Below are positions 37,576 to 50,915 of a stretch of 64,000 bases of DNA, one piece after another. The position numbers and the translations under genes were made by a program. How positions within the stretch are numbered: the stretch's first letter is position 1; each line of letters starts with the position of its first letter. This stretch comes from the human T2T-CHM13v2.0 reference genome, Homo sapiens. The stretch lies in assembly GCF_009914755.1 (NCBI RefSeq), contig NC_060935.1; one strand, 5' to 3'. The notes beneath the pieces were generated by a model. The model ran no database searches and was not told where the DNA came from. It saw only the letters and a list, made by a program, of their open reading frames with translations.

Positions 37576-39218
37576 CCATCAAGATGCCACTCTGCAAATT
37601 CATTTCACCTGAGTCCCCTGCTGCCTGCTGAGATGGTCTCCCTCTCTCTCTACCTGCACCAGCTCAGCAGGAGCAAGGTCTGTTGCCTAGAAGACCAAGG
37701 AAAAAGAAGGTAGCGAGGTGGCAGAAGACAAGTCAAGAGGCAGTGGGAGTCGGGACTCCTTTTCAAAGGCAGCATGCTGGATGATTTAGATCGTGCTCTC
37801 TGGCTTTGACAGTCTGGCCAGGAGGAGTATTCCCAGTCATTACCAGGGAGACTAAGAGAATGGCAAGACAAATATCCCAATGGTCAGGTGCAATGGCCAC
37901 AGGATTCTCCTGAGAAGGTAAGTGAGGATGAAGAGGGTGATCCCACTGCTGGAGCAACTTCTATAGTCAGCAAGTACCCCTGGTTTTCACGGCAATGTGT
38001 TGACTGGGCCCGTAGAAGAAAACAGAAAATAGGAAAATATGTCTAAAGGGGAGAAGGGCATAGGAAAGAGGTAACACAGTCCACGGTTGGGGATGGTACT
38101 GAGAACAGTTCCAGAGGTGACACCCACTAAGAAAGGGATTTCTAGATGCCTAGGGCAAGTGATCTCCCCAGCAGGGAGCACCTGTGGAGATGGAAGGGAC
38201 CGCTTGCTTCATGCCTCAAACATGTTTAAGAATGGTGACATTCACAATTCTTTTCCTTGAACAGCAGACTTTTTAATACAAAGGGACTATTACTTTTACC
38301 TTTTTCTCAGAAGGAATTTCCCAGTGGAAAAACAAAGACCAATGGTGTGGCAAACACTTAAGCATGTAAATTCACTCCAAAGAAAGAGTTAAAGTGCTTT
38401 CTAATATAAATTGGTTTTCGGTATTTCAGTGCCAATATAATTAGATTGTAACAAGCAAAGCCCTGTAACATAACACAGCGAAAATTTGAAAATTTGATTC
38501 TGCCTGGCAAACAACCAAGTCCCTGCGTGTGCGCAAACCTGACATTAATAAGCTACAAGAGATTACATGATTTAGAAAAGAAGCACTTGGTGTTACCAAA
38601 TCAAATAATAGATCTCTAGGCTATAATTAGGAGAATTGGGACTCAACAATGAAGTCATAATACTGTAATTTAGCTGTGAGTAACAGAGCCACGGAGTCAC
38701 ATTAGGAGGTGGGATAGTGTCTCAGTGGTGTGCAGCTCCCAGTGGGGCGGCAGCTCCAGCACCCCGCACGCAACCACCTGTTGGCGCCATGAAGTCACAT
38801 GATGAACCTTGGCCCTCTGTGGCTGCGTGGGACCCTAGTGCTTCAGACACACAACTTTAAAGATGAAGCTCCCCAGGGACAGCTGAGGGGGCAGAGCTGC
38901 TGCCAGGGCCATGTGGGCAAATTGCTGCCCCAGAGTGCTTTGGGAGCTAACAAAAGACACATTAAACACGCAGAAACATAAACAAAGCAAAACAAACACT
39001 GTACAAAAAAAAATAGAAAGAGAATGAGAGAGCCCAGCAGCATCATTTATAGTCCCTGAGCTGCAGGGGATTGTCAGGTTGGGCAAGTGCATTTTTCCTC
39101 TGAAATAGTTTCTATGTAGAATAGGCAGAGCTTTACTCCACCAGCTCCTGGCAGAGTAACACAATCTGTGCTGTTAGGTCATAAAACCAAATAATTTCAC
39201 GTGGAAAAGAAATCCTAG

Positions 39219-39818
39219 CAGGGCTTCTTAACTTGGAGTCCCCCAAGGGGGTCTGTGGATAGAACTGAATTTCAATATAATTGGTTTTCTTTGTAATCCT
39301 ATGTATTTTATTTTATGCCTTTTAAAACATTATTCGGGTAAGCGGGTCTGTAGCAGATGCTGGAAGTGCCCCCTTGCATAGCTCTCCAACCTTTCTACAT
39401 GCCCCAGGTGGCTTCCAACTGTCAGTGTCTGATCTCTGGGTCTAAGGACTCTCTACCTCAACAACTATGCAAGGAACCACTGCCTGGATGCCCACACATG
39501 GCAGGCTGGAGGTACCAGGGTATTAACACCCTCAGGAGTAGGTGTATAATTACCCCAGCTCCCTCACCCTTCAGGTAGAAAAATTCTGAGAAGTGGTTTC
39601 GTGCCTTTTCCAGAGTATCCTGCAGGATTAAGCTCCAGTTTCCCAATTTATTGGCTTTCTTTCCTTTTATACTTCTCTATAGGTATTTTCTGTAACTCTC
39701 AAATACATTACTTGCACTTAGAATCTGCTTCTGGGAAAATCCAAACAAAGATAGGGTTCACGGGTCAACAGACTGCCAAAAGGATTCATGGTAATTAAAA
39801 AAAAATTAAGAAGCCTTG
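39219..39818. mobile_element. Internally deleted hAT-Charlie element (MER113-like), split by an LTR16
   Basis: Terminal inverted repeats cagggcttcttaa / ttaagaagccttg (12/13); sequence continues across the LTR. Confidence 0.75.
39349..39753 (+). mobile_element. ERVL solo LTR (LTR16-like)
   Basis: tgtagcagatgctg...ggattaagctccagtt...tctgcttctgggaaaatccaaacaaagata; 5-bp TSD gggtc/gggtt. Confidence 0.85.
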
Positions 39819-41229
39819 CCAGGTATATCTCAGGTCCTCCCCTTACTCCAATCACCATTTCACAGATTAAGAAACTGGGGCAGAGAGAGCTAAACACCTT
39901 GTCTTACAAAAGGGAGTTATAAAGAATGACATTAGCGTCTTTTTGGCTATTGTTGCTCTTATAATCATGTCTTGCTTACTGATTCATTTTCCACATTTAA
40001 CTTTTTCAACCTGATTTCTCTTCTTTCGTTATTCTTTCCCAAATTATCTCCATCAGCAGCCATAGGTCCAGCACTGCAGGCCCTTTGACTGGATGCTCTT
40101 TTCTGTTCTGGCCTGAATGCATTTGGCAGGTGACTTGCTATGCATGACCCTATTACTGCAGCAGCTGCTCCTAGGACTGAGCCACAGCAAAGTGTGGGAG
40201 AAGAGTCTCTCCTACCACATTCAACACAAATACCGTCTCCAAACATTTAGTTACCCTTGGAGCCCGATAGCACCTGAGTATAAGCTTTTGCTCTTCCAGG
40301 ATTCCACAATAGGATTTAGCACTGGGATGAAAAGTAGTGTGCTTATTTCATTTACATTTATATCATTTCCCTATAAAGGACATTGTTCTAATTATGATTT
40401 TAAACAACTTCTGGAAATATTACACTATAATAAAGAGAACATATTAGTATGCCAGGTAGAAAAATATGGAGATACAATTATATTAGGAAGCCAGGAGTAA
40501 AGTTACACAGAAATAATGTATAGCCATTTTAATAATAATAATAATAACAGTAATAATTATGCTATTTACAATTATTTTATGTAATCTTCACCACTTCCTC
40601 AGGATATTGGTATTATTGTTTATAGATGAGGAAACTTCCTTGGGTGAGGAAAGTTCCAGAAAGTAGTTTAATATATTGACATTAATTCTCAATTTTAAAA
40701 GTTAGCTTCTTCCTTCTATACTTCCCCTTCTTATAAGAAATTCCCCCTTCCCCTTCTTCCCTCCAAATGGGAGAATTAATCTTGGCTTGCTGTGAGGACA
40801 ACAATCTGACTAAATTCTTTCTTATCTCATTTTGAATGACTTGTCAGGTCTTTCTATGACTGTCTCCCAGTTAGTTAATATGAACTTCTAAGTTTTATAC
40901 GTTTTGACATAGAAAATAAAACAGAAAAATCTTTTCAGGTATTGCGGATAAGTTGTCTTCAGGCAAGGTGGCTTTTCAAGAATTCCCCAAAGCTACATCC
41001 AAGATGGTCAGGATGTCCAGGCAGGAAGCAAGTATCAGACAAGGAAACAAAGAAAGAAAACCTAGGCCAGACTGAATTTATTTGTGGGCCCTAAAAGACA
41101 ATTTCTTTGATACAACAGCCTTACCCTTTATTGCCTATTTCTCAGCACTGCAACATGATAATTAAGAAAAAGAAGAAATCTATGTGATTTCCCTATTCTA
41201 AAACTTTTGTTAGATCATCATTATTGAGT

Positions 41230-43457
41230 ATTAAGATTTAGTTGCCCTGAAGTTTTTAATATATATTTTAAGTAATCTAATTCCACCTTAATAATAATAT
41301 ACTGCTTTACAGTTATACATGAAGATACCATATAATAGATTATCCCCAATTCCTCCTTCCCTTTCCTTTATGCATTGCTGTCATTCATTTCACTTATCCA
41401 CATGCTTATCCAATATATTGCTACTACTATTACTTTAAACAGTCATCAATTCAAAGTAAGAAAAACTAAACATTTTTCTTACCTTCATTTACCCTTTCTC
41501 TGATATCCTTCCTTTCATTTTGTAGACCCAAGTTCTAACTTAAATAATTTTCTTTCTGTCTGAAAAACTTTTTATATTTCTTGTGAGGAAGGTGCACTGG
41601 TGATGAATTCTCAGTTTTTCTTTATCAGAGAATCTCTTTCTTTCTCCTTCACTTTTGAAAGATAATTTTACTGGGTATAGAATTCTAGGTTGCTATTTAT
41701 TTCTTTTAACACTGTAATTACTAATTCTACTCTCTTTCTACTTGCATGGTTTCTGATAAGAAGTCTGCTACAATTCTTATCTTGTTCCTCCATGGGCAAG
41801 GTTCTCCCCAACATCATCCCCTACACAGGCTTCTTTCAAGAATTCCTATTTTTTTTCATTTTTTGTTTTTTAGTGGTTTGACTACGATATGCCTAGGTAT
41901 AGACCTTTTGTATTCAATGAAACTCTTTGAGCTTTCTGAATCTGTGGTTTGGTCTATAATTCATTTCTGAAAATTATCAGCCACTATTACTTCCAATATT
42001 TCTTCTGCTCCATTCTCTCTTTCTTCTTCTGGTATTCCAACTATACATATGTTATACCTTTTCAAATTATCCCATAGTTCTTGGATGTTCTGTTGGGTTT
42101 TTACCCACTTATTTTTCTCTTTGCATTTCATTTTCAGAAGTTTCTATTGACCTATTTGAAAGTTCACTGATTATTTCCTTTCTCATGTCTACTGATAAGC
42201 TCATCAAGGCATTCTCTATTTCTGTTACAGTGTTGTTGATTTCTAGCACTTCCTTTTGATTCTTAGAATTTCCATCTCCCTGTTTACATTAGTCATCCAT
42301 TCTTGTATGTCGTCTGCTTTTTCCATTAGGGCCTTTAACATATTAATCATAGTTATTTTAAATGCCATGTCTGATAATTACAACATCTGTGTCATATCTT
42401 AGTCTGGTTCTCTTGCCTGCTTTGTCTCTTCAGACTGTGTGTTTTTTCTTGACTTTTAGAATGCCTTGTAATTTTTGTTTGTTGAAAGACTGACATGTGC
42501 TGAGTTGTAGGAACTGAAGCAAATAGGGCTTTACTGTGAGGATTTATGTTAAGCTGGCTAGCACTGGGGCTATGTTAATATTTCTGTAGCTGGTGCTAGA
42601 GATTTCAAATTCCTCTAACGTCCTTGTTTTTGTTTTCCTTGTCTTTGGGTTTTGCTAAGTATTCTTTCTTGGAGACAGTCAGTGACCTAATGGTTCTATT
42701 GGCTGTGACCCACTGTTATTGTGCTGGAGCCCTGTTGGTGCAGTGGTAAAGTTTGTTAGGATAGAAATATTCTATAACTTATTAAATCCTGGTATTTAGT
42801 AGGTGATCTTTTAGTCTGTGGGCTGTAACCTTCACAGGTGTTTCTCTATTGGTATGGCACTTTTCCTTCTTAGATGACACAGGAAGGCTAGACAGGTCTG
42901 GTGTGGGAGGAATGAATGATCTTCCTCTGGGTAGAATGAGGCTCTGATGAAGTCTTTCTCCTCCCTCCCCCCGGTTGCACTCTGTTATGAAGAATGAATG
43001 CTCTGGATATATCTCAAGGTGGTTATTCTTCCCCTTCTTTTGCCAGAGCCATTAGGGAATTTTTCTTGGCTCTTCACCATGAGAGGCTGATGGCATTCCC
43101 AGAGGCAAAACCCATAAGAGTGTGGTGCTTCCTCAGACTGCAGCCCCCAGGAGTTTCCTGCTCCCATATTATAATGCCCACACTCAGCCTCAAACAATTA
43201 ATCAATATTACCATTTTACTGTTCCTACCAGTTCATGGTCCCAGCAGCTTCTGTTCCAGCTAAGCTGATCTCAGCTCTGTCTCCCTGGATCTACCTGTTT
43301 CCCCATATTATGGGATATTGGTTTACTTTGTCATCTTACTTCGCAGATGAGTCAAGAAAAGTGACTGACTTTTAGTTTTCTCAGTTTTTCCTTACGGAAA
43401 GGATGGAAGTGATGAATTCTAAACTTTTTTACATGTCAGAGCTGAAACTGGAAGTCC
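41230..43457 (-). mobile_element. Old L1M (L1M4/MC-like) 5' UTR-ORF1 portion, degenerate
   Basis: T-rich plus strand with ctgggtatagaattctaggttg and ttcttctggtattccaactat; ends in acatgtcagagctgaaactggaagtcc, the reverse of an L1M 5' terminus. Confidence 0.85.
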
Positions 43458-44834
43458 AGCATTGAGATTTCTTACTCTAAAGTAGAAGAAGGTATGGACA
43501 TGGAAAGAGAATACTATCAGTTTCTACCTGAGGGATTTGGAGAGAAAAAATAGAAACAACGGGAGAGGAAAAGAAGGTCTGATGCCAGGGTTTTTATTTT
43601 TCCTCCTGCTCATCTCAAGGCTAAACTTTAAAGGGGAGTGACTTAGAAACATTCAGATGGGGGGAGGGAGAACATGGGCAGAGGAAGAGTATGAAGCAGT
43701 ATTCTGCCCTGCTTCAGTTATAGGACTCTGGGGAAAGAGTACCTGCTGGCAGCTGCCCCCCTCCTCTGATACTCTCTGGCAGTACAAGAGAGTTAGTAGG
43801 AACTGCTGGCTTACTGCTTTCCTGAGTTTCTCTTGGTTTCCGTGCAGTATGTACAAGACTCAGAAGTTCCTGAAAAGTGATTTAAAAGGCAGCAGATTTG
43901 GGATGCAATGGACTTGTCGTAGAGTCTGCCATAATAAAAGTAGAGATGACTCCCAGCAGAAGATAAAGAATGGATGCCAGGACTGGTGGTATCCTGGCAG
44001 AGGCAGAGCTGCAGCTGAGTCAACAGTGCCAAGGAGAGCTGAGATGAAGATCAGTTAGCCAGGGAGGGCTACCAGGTTCAGATTAAACTGAAAGAGTGAA
44101 GCAAGGCAAATGAAGGCACTTGCCATGGGCTCAGCTGCAATGGGACAGGTGCCATCAGGCAGAATAACACACTACTTCTTAGACCAGAGAAGCTAGAGGA
44201 CAGTACAATAATGCCTCATGGATCTTGAGGGCCCTTCTTCCCGAATAGCACAAGGTCCCAAATAAGACCCTCTCCTCCACATATGTATACCCAGATGCCA
44301 TCTTGATTTGTAGCCAAAGGTAGGAAAACAAACTCCTAAAGAGACTCTTTAGATTATTCTGTCAGATTAAAATTACAGATTGAACTAATTACTTTTTATG
44401 CTAACCATTAGGCAACACATAAAGAATGTCAGAGAAGTTTAGAAATTTAAATAAAATGCATGTTCTCTGTGTCCATCTGAGTTTATTTGGGGATTTGTGA
44501 CTCCACTACATTCTCCTGTCCATTACCCTGACTTATCTTCTTTATAGCACATCATGATCTGAAGGTTTCTTATTTATTTGTTTGATTTGTATGTCTACCT
44601 CAGTAGAAAGAGAGCTTCAAGGAAACAGTAGCCTGGACTTTGTCTCATTTGCCACTGGGAAGCTGACCCTGAGAACAGGGTCTGGTTCACAGAAGGTGCT
44701 CAATCAATACTTTTTGAATGAATGGTGCTTTGTAAAGCCTCTTTGTCAGGTGAGACATATGGGTGTAAGGACTGTGAACCTCAAATAATTCAAATAATTA
44801 TTTTAATTATTTAAACCTCATAAATTATTTTAAT

Positions 44835-45065
44835 TAATGTTTATTAAGTGCCAAAAGCACTATACATATGTAGACTCTTTTAAATACTTACAACAACACC
44901 ATGAAGTCAGTAATATTATTATCCAATTTCTAAATGAGAAAATGAAGGCACAGAAAGTTTAGGTAAACTGTCTAGGTCACAGAGCCCACGAGAGTTAGGG
45001 CCAGGGTTTCAAACAAAGCATTATGGCTCCAAAGCCTGTACTCCCATCCACCATGCCACACTGCC
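44835..45065 (-). mobile_element. MIR SINE
   Basis: tgtttattaagtgcc...aaatgagaaaatgaaggcacagaaagtt. Confidence 0.85.
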
Positions 45066-46588
45066 TCAAAATCTCATGTGTGGCCTCAGCTCACCGCCTC
45101 CTTCCCCTCCTCCCTCACACCAGATGAGCCACAGACGGTTAAGTAGGCAGCGAACACTTCTCAAGATGTTTTCATCGATTTTGCCAACACTCAGCTGCTT
45201 TATCGGCTCTGATGAAACATTTGTGACAACCACAGCAATTGCAATGATCATTTCCATGCTGAAAACATTTGCCTACAAAGCAGACATTTTCTCTTCAAAG
45301 TAAACACTGGTGCTGCTGAGAGGCGGCTGCCCATACCCACGCCGCGCATACTGCTTCCTCTAAATGCCTCGAAGGCAAAATCCCCCCAAGCGATGATGAC
45401 AACAGAGAACAGGATGTGGGCTTCTCCTCCAGGAGACCTCGTCTGACATTCTCAGGCCAGTCATGAAGTGTCTCCCGTCGTCCCCACCTGTGAACCCGAA
45501 ACCCAGCCCTTACTCCACACATGCTAACAACACTAGGCACAGAGCAGTCACCCTTCTTGATTATGTGTCCGGTCTCTGTCTTGACTGCATCATGAGGGTA
45601 TGGATGATGCTTTATTGATGTTAAGCCCAGCACTCAGTGCATCTCCTTCATTAATTAGTTGTAAACAGAAGAAGATGTTGAAACCCCCTGAAGCTGGTCC
45701 TATTGAGTTCAGAGGAAAATAAGATAGAAGCCAATAGTGTTGGATAGAGAGAGGAAGAACCACCTTAGAGTAGAATTTCCATGAATATGTTTCCATAAGT
45801 CCTACTCCAAAAGATATTAATAGGGCATTTGGTGTGAGGGTGGGGTGGGGAGGCTCTCATTGCCAAATAAGATGAATACATGCAGAATTAAGTTGAATTA
45901 AAGCAAAAAAAAGTCTCTGTCTGCAAGACTTCTCAGAGCCTTTGGCATGTCAGAATGCCTGGTGAATCCCTAAAATGGGCATGAGTGTATAGCATTTTGC
46001 AAATGCATTTGACCATAGGCCTGTTTCTTTTCCGGGTGTTTCAGCATCCTAGTAGACTATAAAAACTAACTTGAAGAAATGCTGTCTGCACAGGAGAGGA
46101 CAGAACCTCCTCAGTTAATGTTTTACATGGGCATGGAAGGACAGATCACAGAAAGCTGATCATTAGCATGGCTGAAGTCTTCTTGAGAATAGAGAGATCC
46201 AGACGGCATCTCTGTAGGAACAGCCTCTCAGGCACATGGAAGAATGTACTGCAGACATAACAAAATGGACCACTACATGCTAAGTCCCATGCTGGGTCTT
46301 CTCAGAAAACTAATTCAGCCTCCGACAGCCCTGGGAGGTCAGTGTTAATATCCATTAATGAGGAACTCCAGGACTGTGGAAGCTGGCCAGTGGACTTTTG
46401 TGGACAAGATGGGAGTCTTCCAAATACAAATCCAATGGCTTCTCTACATTACCTAGCTGCTTAAATAAAGACGAAAACCCAAAATGTGTGAGCAGTTCAC
46501 TTCTCTTTCAAGGCTCTGGGGTCTGAAAGACCATCTTCTCCTTGAAGAACCTGACCAGAAACGAGCTTCACCTGGGGTAAGATGGAGA

Positions 46589-47470
46589 CCCCTCCCCCCG
46601 CCCCCTCCCCAAGTCAGAGAGAAGCTCTTCTCTTACCTCATCTACACACCAAATCACGAACTTTGCCAGCATTCTTAAGTGATTGTGACTGTTTCGTTTT
46701 CGAAATATCAGTCGGCCTGTTCGAGTAATTTTATACTTAAATTATTTAAATGCAATCTATCCATTGAAGCAATTTCCCCTGCACAGGAGAAGTGTTTTCT
46801 TTTTTAGGGAACTGAAGCATGATAAATAAATGAATAAAGACTTGTAGCTGTGTCTCTCTCTCTCTCCTGAAGAAAGCACTTCAGCGGCGAGTCCCTCTTG
46901 TCAGAAATCTTGGAACTCATAATATTCCCTGTGGTTCTGCCGCTCAGCATTAAAAATAACCAAAGACTCGAGTCACAGTTGTGTTTTTTTTCTAGACACG
47001 AAGCACATTTTACGCCACAATGCCCGGGATGACACAGGGACAGTGCAGAGCTTGCTAATATTCTCTACTGCCTCTCTCCCCAGGCCTGCAAGCAGTTAGA
47101 ATGGCTTAGTGGTGATCACAAATGCTGTCCCATTTGGAAAGCACTTCTTTAAGGCAGCACCGATTAAAATTCATGAAAGGCGGCTTGCTTGCATAAATAA
47201 ATTAAAAGATGCAAAACTAAAGTTTAAACACCCATACACAACTAGCATTTTGCAAACACCATATGCACTGCGGTTCTCAATTCTGGGCTGTCATGCAAGA
47301 AGTAGGGAAAGAGGCCTCATTGGGTTTGAATGCATAAAACTGGGAGCACCTTGATCACCTTTGGCACAAAGGAGTCTCAGCAGCAAAGTGTGAACTAACT
47401 GATTTGCACCTTGTCTAAATGCATATGAATTTTAGGGGAGCATGTCAATATCTGGAGAATATTGTTAAAA
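46589..47470. promoter_or_regulatory. Candidate enhancer with GC-box/G4 and POU/homeodomain motifs
   Basis: No recognisable repeat; many retained CpGs; motifs listed in findings. Confidence 0.4.
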
Positions 47471-47509
47471 AAACTAAAAACAGAATGAGCACAGTTTTTG
47501 CAATCATAA

Positions 47510-47900
47510 CAATGCCAGGTCCTAGTTCTTAAAATTACTATGCTATTTTGGGTAAATCATGGACAGTCTCTGATGCCCGGTTTTCTCATCTGTAAAATAA
47601 GCATAAGACAACTAACCTCTAACCTTAGTTTGTGGTATGGAGAGTAAGTGATATGCCATACTTAGGTCAGCCGGCAGAGAGGAGGTGCTCACAAACATTT
47701 AATTCTCCTCTTCCTGTCTTTATCTTACATTTCTACAGTGGTGGCATTGTGAAAAAGGAATGAGCTCTGGGGTTACAAGCTTTAGAGCTGAGCCCCAGCT
47801 CTGCCATTCACTGGCTGTGTGACCTCAGAGAACTGATTTCATCTCTCTGAGCCTCAGTTTCTTCCTTCATAAAGTGAAGATGTTAACATCACCTCTCTCC
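47510..47900 (+). mobile_element. Two tandem MIR SINEs (about 47510-47700 and 47735-47900)
   Basis: ttttctcatctgtaaaat and ctctgagcctcagtttcttcc cores. Confidence 0.8.
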
Positions 47901-47994
47901 CAAGTGTACGTAACATCTATGAGGTATCTGGACCTTTCAACACTATAAGGTAGACATGACCAGCAACCTTATCACCATTTCCTTAGTGAAGAAA

Positions 47995-48249
47995 TCTTAG
48001 AGAAGATTTTATTTTCCCTCCAGAACTCTAAGGTAGAGAGTGTGTAGTGCATACATTGTCTCTCTAAGATAGAGAGCTCTGGAGGAAAAATAAAATCTTC
48101 TCCAAGAATACATAACTGTAATGACATACCTCACACAGGTTTGGAGTTCAAATTTACACTATCCATGTTGTTTGGTGACCCTCCCCACCCCACCACCACC
48201 CTGTCTGACCTCGCAACATAGGAAATTAACAAAAAATAAATAGGTCTCA
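47995..48249. repeat. Inverted 35-bp copy (47995-48029) plus direct copy of about 175 bp (48074-48249) of L1 sequence 49585-49755
   Basis: Direct alignment by eye; see findings. Confidence 0.93.
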
Positions 48250-49096
48250 CCATTGCCTTAGCATCATCAGGAAAACGATGCTAAGAGATGAGACAGAGTG
48301 AGCCCAAAGTGACTTAGCATGTACAACAAAGACAGGACCAAAAAGCAGATGAGCCTAGCTCCCCCAATTCCACTGCATGTGAGGTATTGGCCTCCTCCCA
48401 CTCCAGTGCCTTTTTGCTGACTCTGAGGCAGCTCAGGACCTGCCTGGGAGAAACCTGGTCCAGGTTTCCTTCAGCTGTGGGCATTTAGAGGCCCGCCCCA
48501 TCCTGATGGAATGAATATGATTTCATCCTTAAGCTCCAAAGCTTTGCTGCCATATTCTGATTATTCAGTGCAGTTGGCATCAATGGGATACATTTCAATC
48601 TATCTAAGGAACTAGTATGCTCTTTTCTGAACACCCTAAGCTGCTCTTCTCAGAGGGGGAGAGGCTGGAGCTGGAGTTCCACAAAACCTTCACATGGGAG
48701 AGGTGAGTTCATGGGAGAACAGCTTAAGTAGGCTTGAAATATGTTCCCCTTCATGAGTTGGTTGGGTGGGGGAATCACATGAGAAGCCTGGGAACATCCA
48801 TCTGGCATTCTCTATCTGGAGCTCTCTAGCAACATATTAAACCTCGGGGATCACTAGGAATCAGGGCCAGACCCAAGGGGGAAAATTCTAAAACACATTG
48901 TATCTGTCAGTAGTCTTGGAGGGAGGCAAAAGAAATAAATTCTGGCTAATAGAAGCAAATTAAAAGTGTGAGAGGAATTTATAAAGAGGATATCGGGGAA
49001 AATAGTCTTCAATAGGTAGAATGGTAATCTGAAATTCTCCTTCAAAAAACACCTAGAAATGCTAGAAAGATATGTTAAACAAACTGTATTTTAGCT

Positions 49097-49254
49097 TTTT
49101 TTTTCTTTCCTTTTTTTTTTTTTTTTTTTTTTTTTGTAGAGATGGGTTCTCGCTATGTTGCCCAGGCTGGTCTTGAACTCTTGCTCTCAAGCAATCCTCC
49201 TGCCTCAGCCTCTGGAATAGCTCGGGTTGCAGGCATGAGCCACCATGCCGGGCT
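49097..49254 (-). mobile_element. FLAM Alu monomer
   Basis: Long poly-T then a reverse left monomer; TSD tatttta(g/a)ctttt. Confidence 0.9.
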
Positions 49255-50286
49255 ATATTTTAACTTTTAAGAGCTTGTAAGAAAGTAAAAGAAATCCCTG
49301 GGGCAATTAAAATAAAGAGGAAACTAGAACCTTGTGAGCTGACCCTGAACCGCCCTGGTACGTAGGTAGGGAGGTGTGAAAGAGCATGGGAGGTGCCAAT
49401 ATCATTGACCTAAAAGCTTGGCTTTTTATGCCTACCTTGGAACAAAAGACCAAATCTTAACACCTGAACAAAGACATCTGCATAAAGCCAGAACACTCAA
49501 GGGATTACACCATGTATAAAAGAAAAGACTTGAAAATCCACTCAAGCTAGTCTCTGTGTACAAGGATGCCTGTCTGTACAGATTGAGCTCTGGAGGGAAA
49601 ATAAAATCTTCTCTAAGAATACATAACTGTAATGACATACCTCATACAAGTTTGAAGTTCAAATTTACACTATCCATGTACATTTTTGGTGACCCTCCCC
49701 ACCCCCACCCCTGCCCTGCAACACAAGAAATTAACAACAACAAAAATAGGTCTCAAACAAGAAATACTTTGGGGCACCTGGCAGATGCAAGGTTTATGTC
49801 ATTATTTTCCTTATTTATGTAATTCACAGTGAAACACTTAACTAATACAATGAGGAAAAAATCTGAGTCAAGACAGTAGGAAAAATAACAGGGCCATGTT
49901 TTCAAGAAAATTAGATAATATAAATATTGGAAAATTGTAAAATAATAGTCTAACTCATTAAAAGCAAAAAGAAACAGAACATGAGAAGTGAGCAAGACAT
50001 TAAGGAAAAGAGTCAGGCAGATTTTTTTAAAGATCCAAATATCAGTAATAGAAGTAAAAATTGTTGCCATTGAAATTTAAAAGAAAAAAAAACCCTCAAT
50101 GAATGGGTTGAAAACTCACTATAAAGAGGGAAAAGAGAATTAGTGAAATGGGAGATACATATTATAATGAAAATGTGGAAGTCCAAAGAAAATGTCTCAG
50201 ACCAGTAAGAAAAGAAATGAGTTAACTGACTGACAGAATACTTCTCAACAGAAATAGGAGAAAACAGAATATAGTGGAGTAATAGT

Positions 50287-50449
50287 TTCTTTTCTTTTTT
50301 TAGAGACATGGTCTTGCTCTGTCACCCAGGCTGGATTGCAGTGGCACCATCATAGCTCTCTGCAAATGTGAACTCTTGGCCTTAGGTGATCCTCCCATCT
50401 CAGCCTCCCAAAGTACTAGGATTACAGGCATGAGCCGCCATGCCCAGCC
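50287..50449 (-). mobile_element. FRAM/FAM Alu monomer
   Basis: Single reverse right-arm-type monomer; TSD ga(g/a)taata(g/t)tt. Confidence 0.85.
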
Positions 50450-50613
50450 AGAATAATATTTTCAAAGTACTGAGATAAAACCACTGTCAACCTCAAATTC
50501 TACATCGATCTAAATATTTTTCTTCAATCATAAGATTAAAGATGAAGACATTTCTGGACACATGAAGACTAAAGACAAATACCACCAATAGATCTTCATT
50601 TAAAAAAATTACT

Positions 50614-50915
<302 letters not shown>

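Noticed and set aside
43560-44330. Possible ancient Gypsy/ERVL-type LTR; similar unassigned stretches at about 4400-6030, 19460-19720, 22200-22850, 51380-51720 and 56050-56480
   Set aside because: LTR-like in texture, but I cannot match termini or family with enough confidence to list them.
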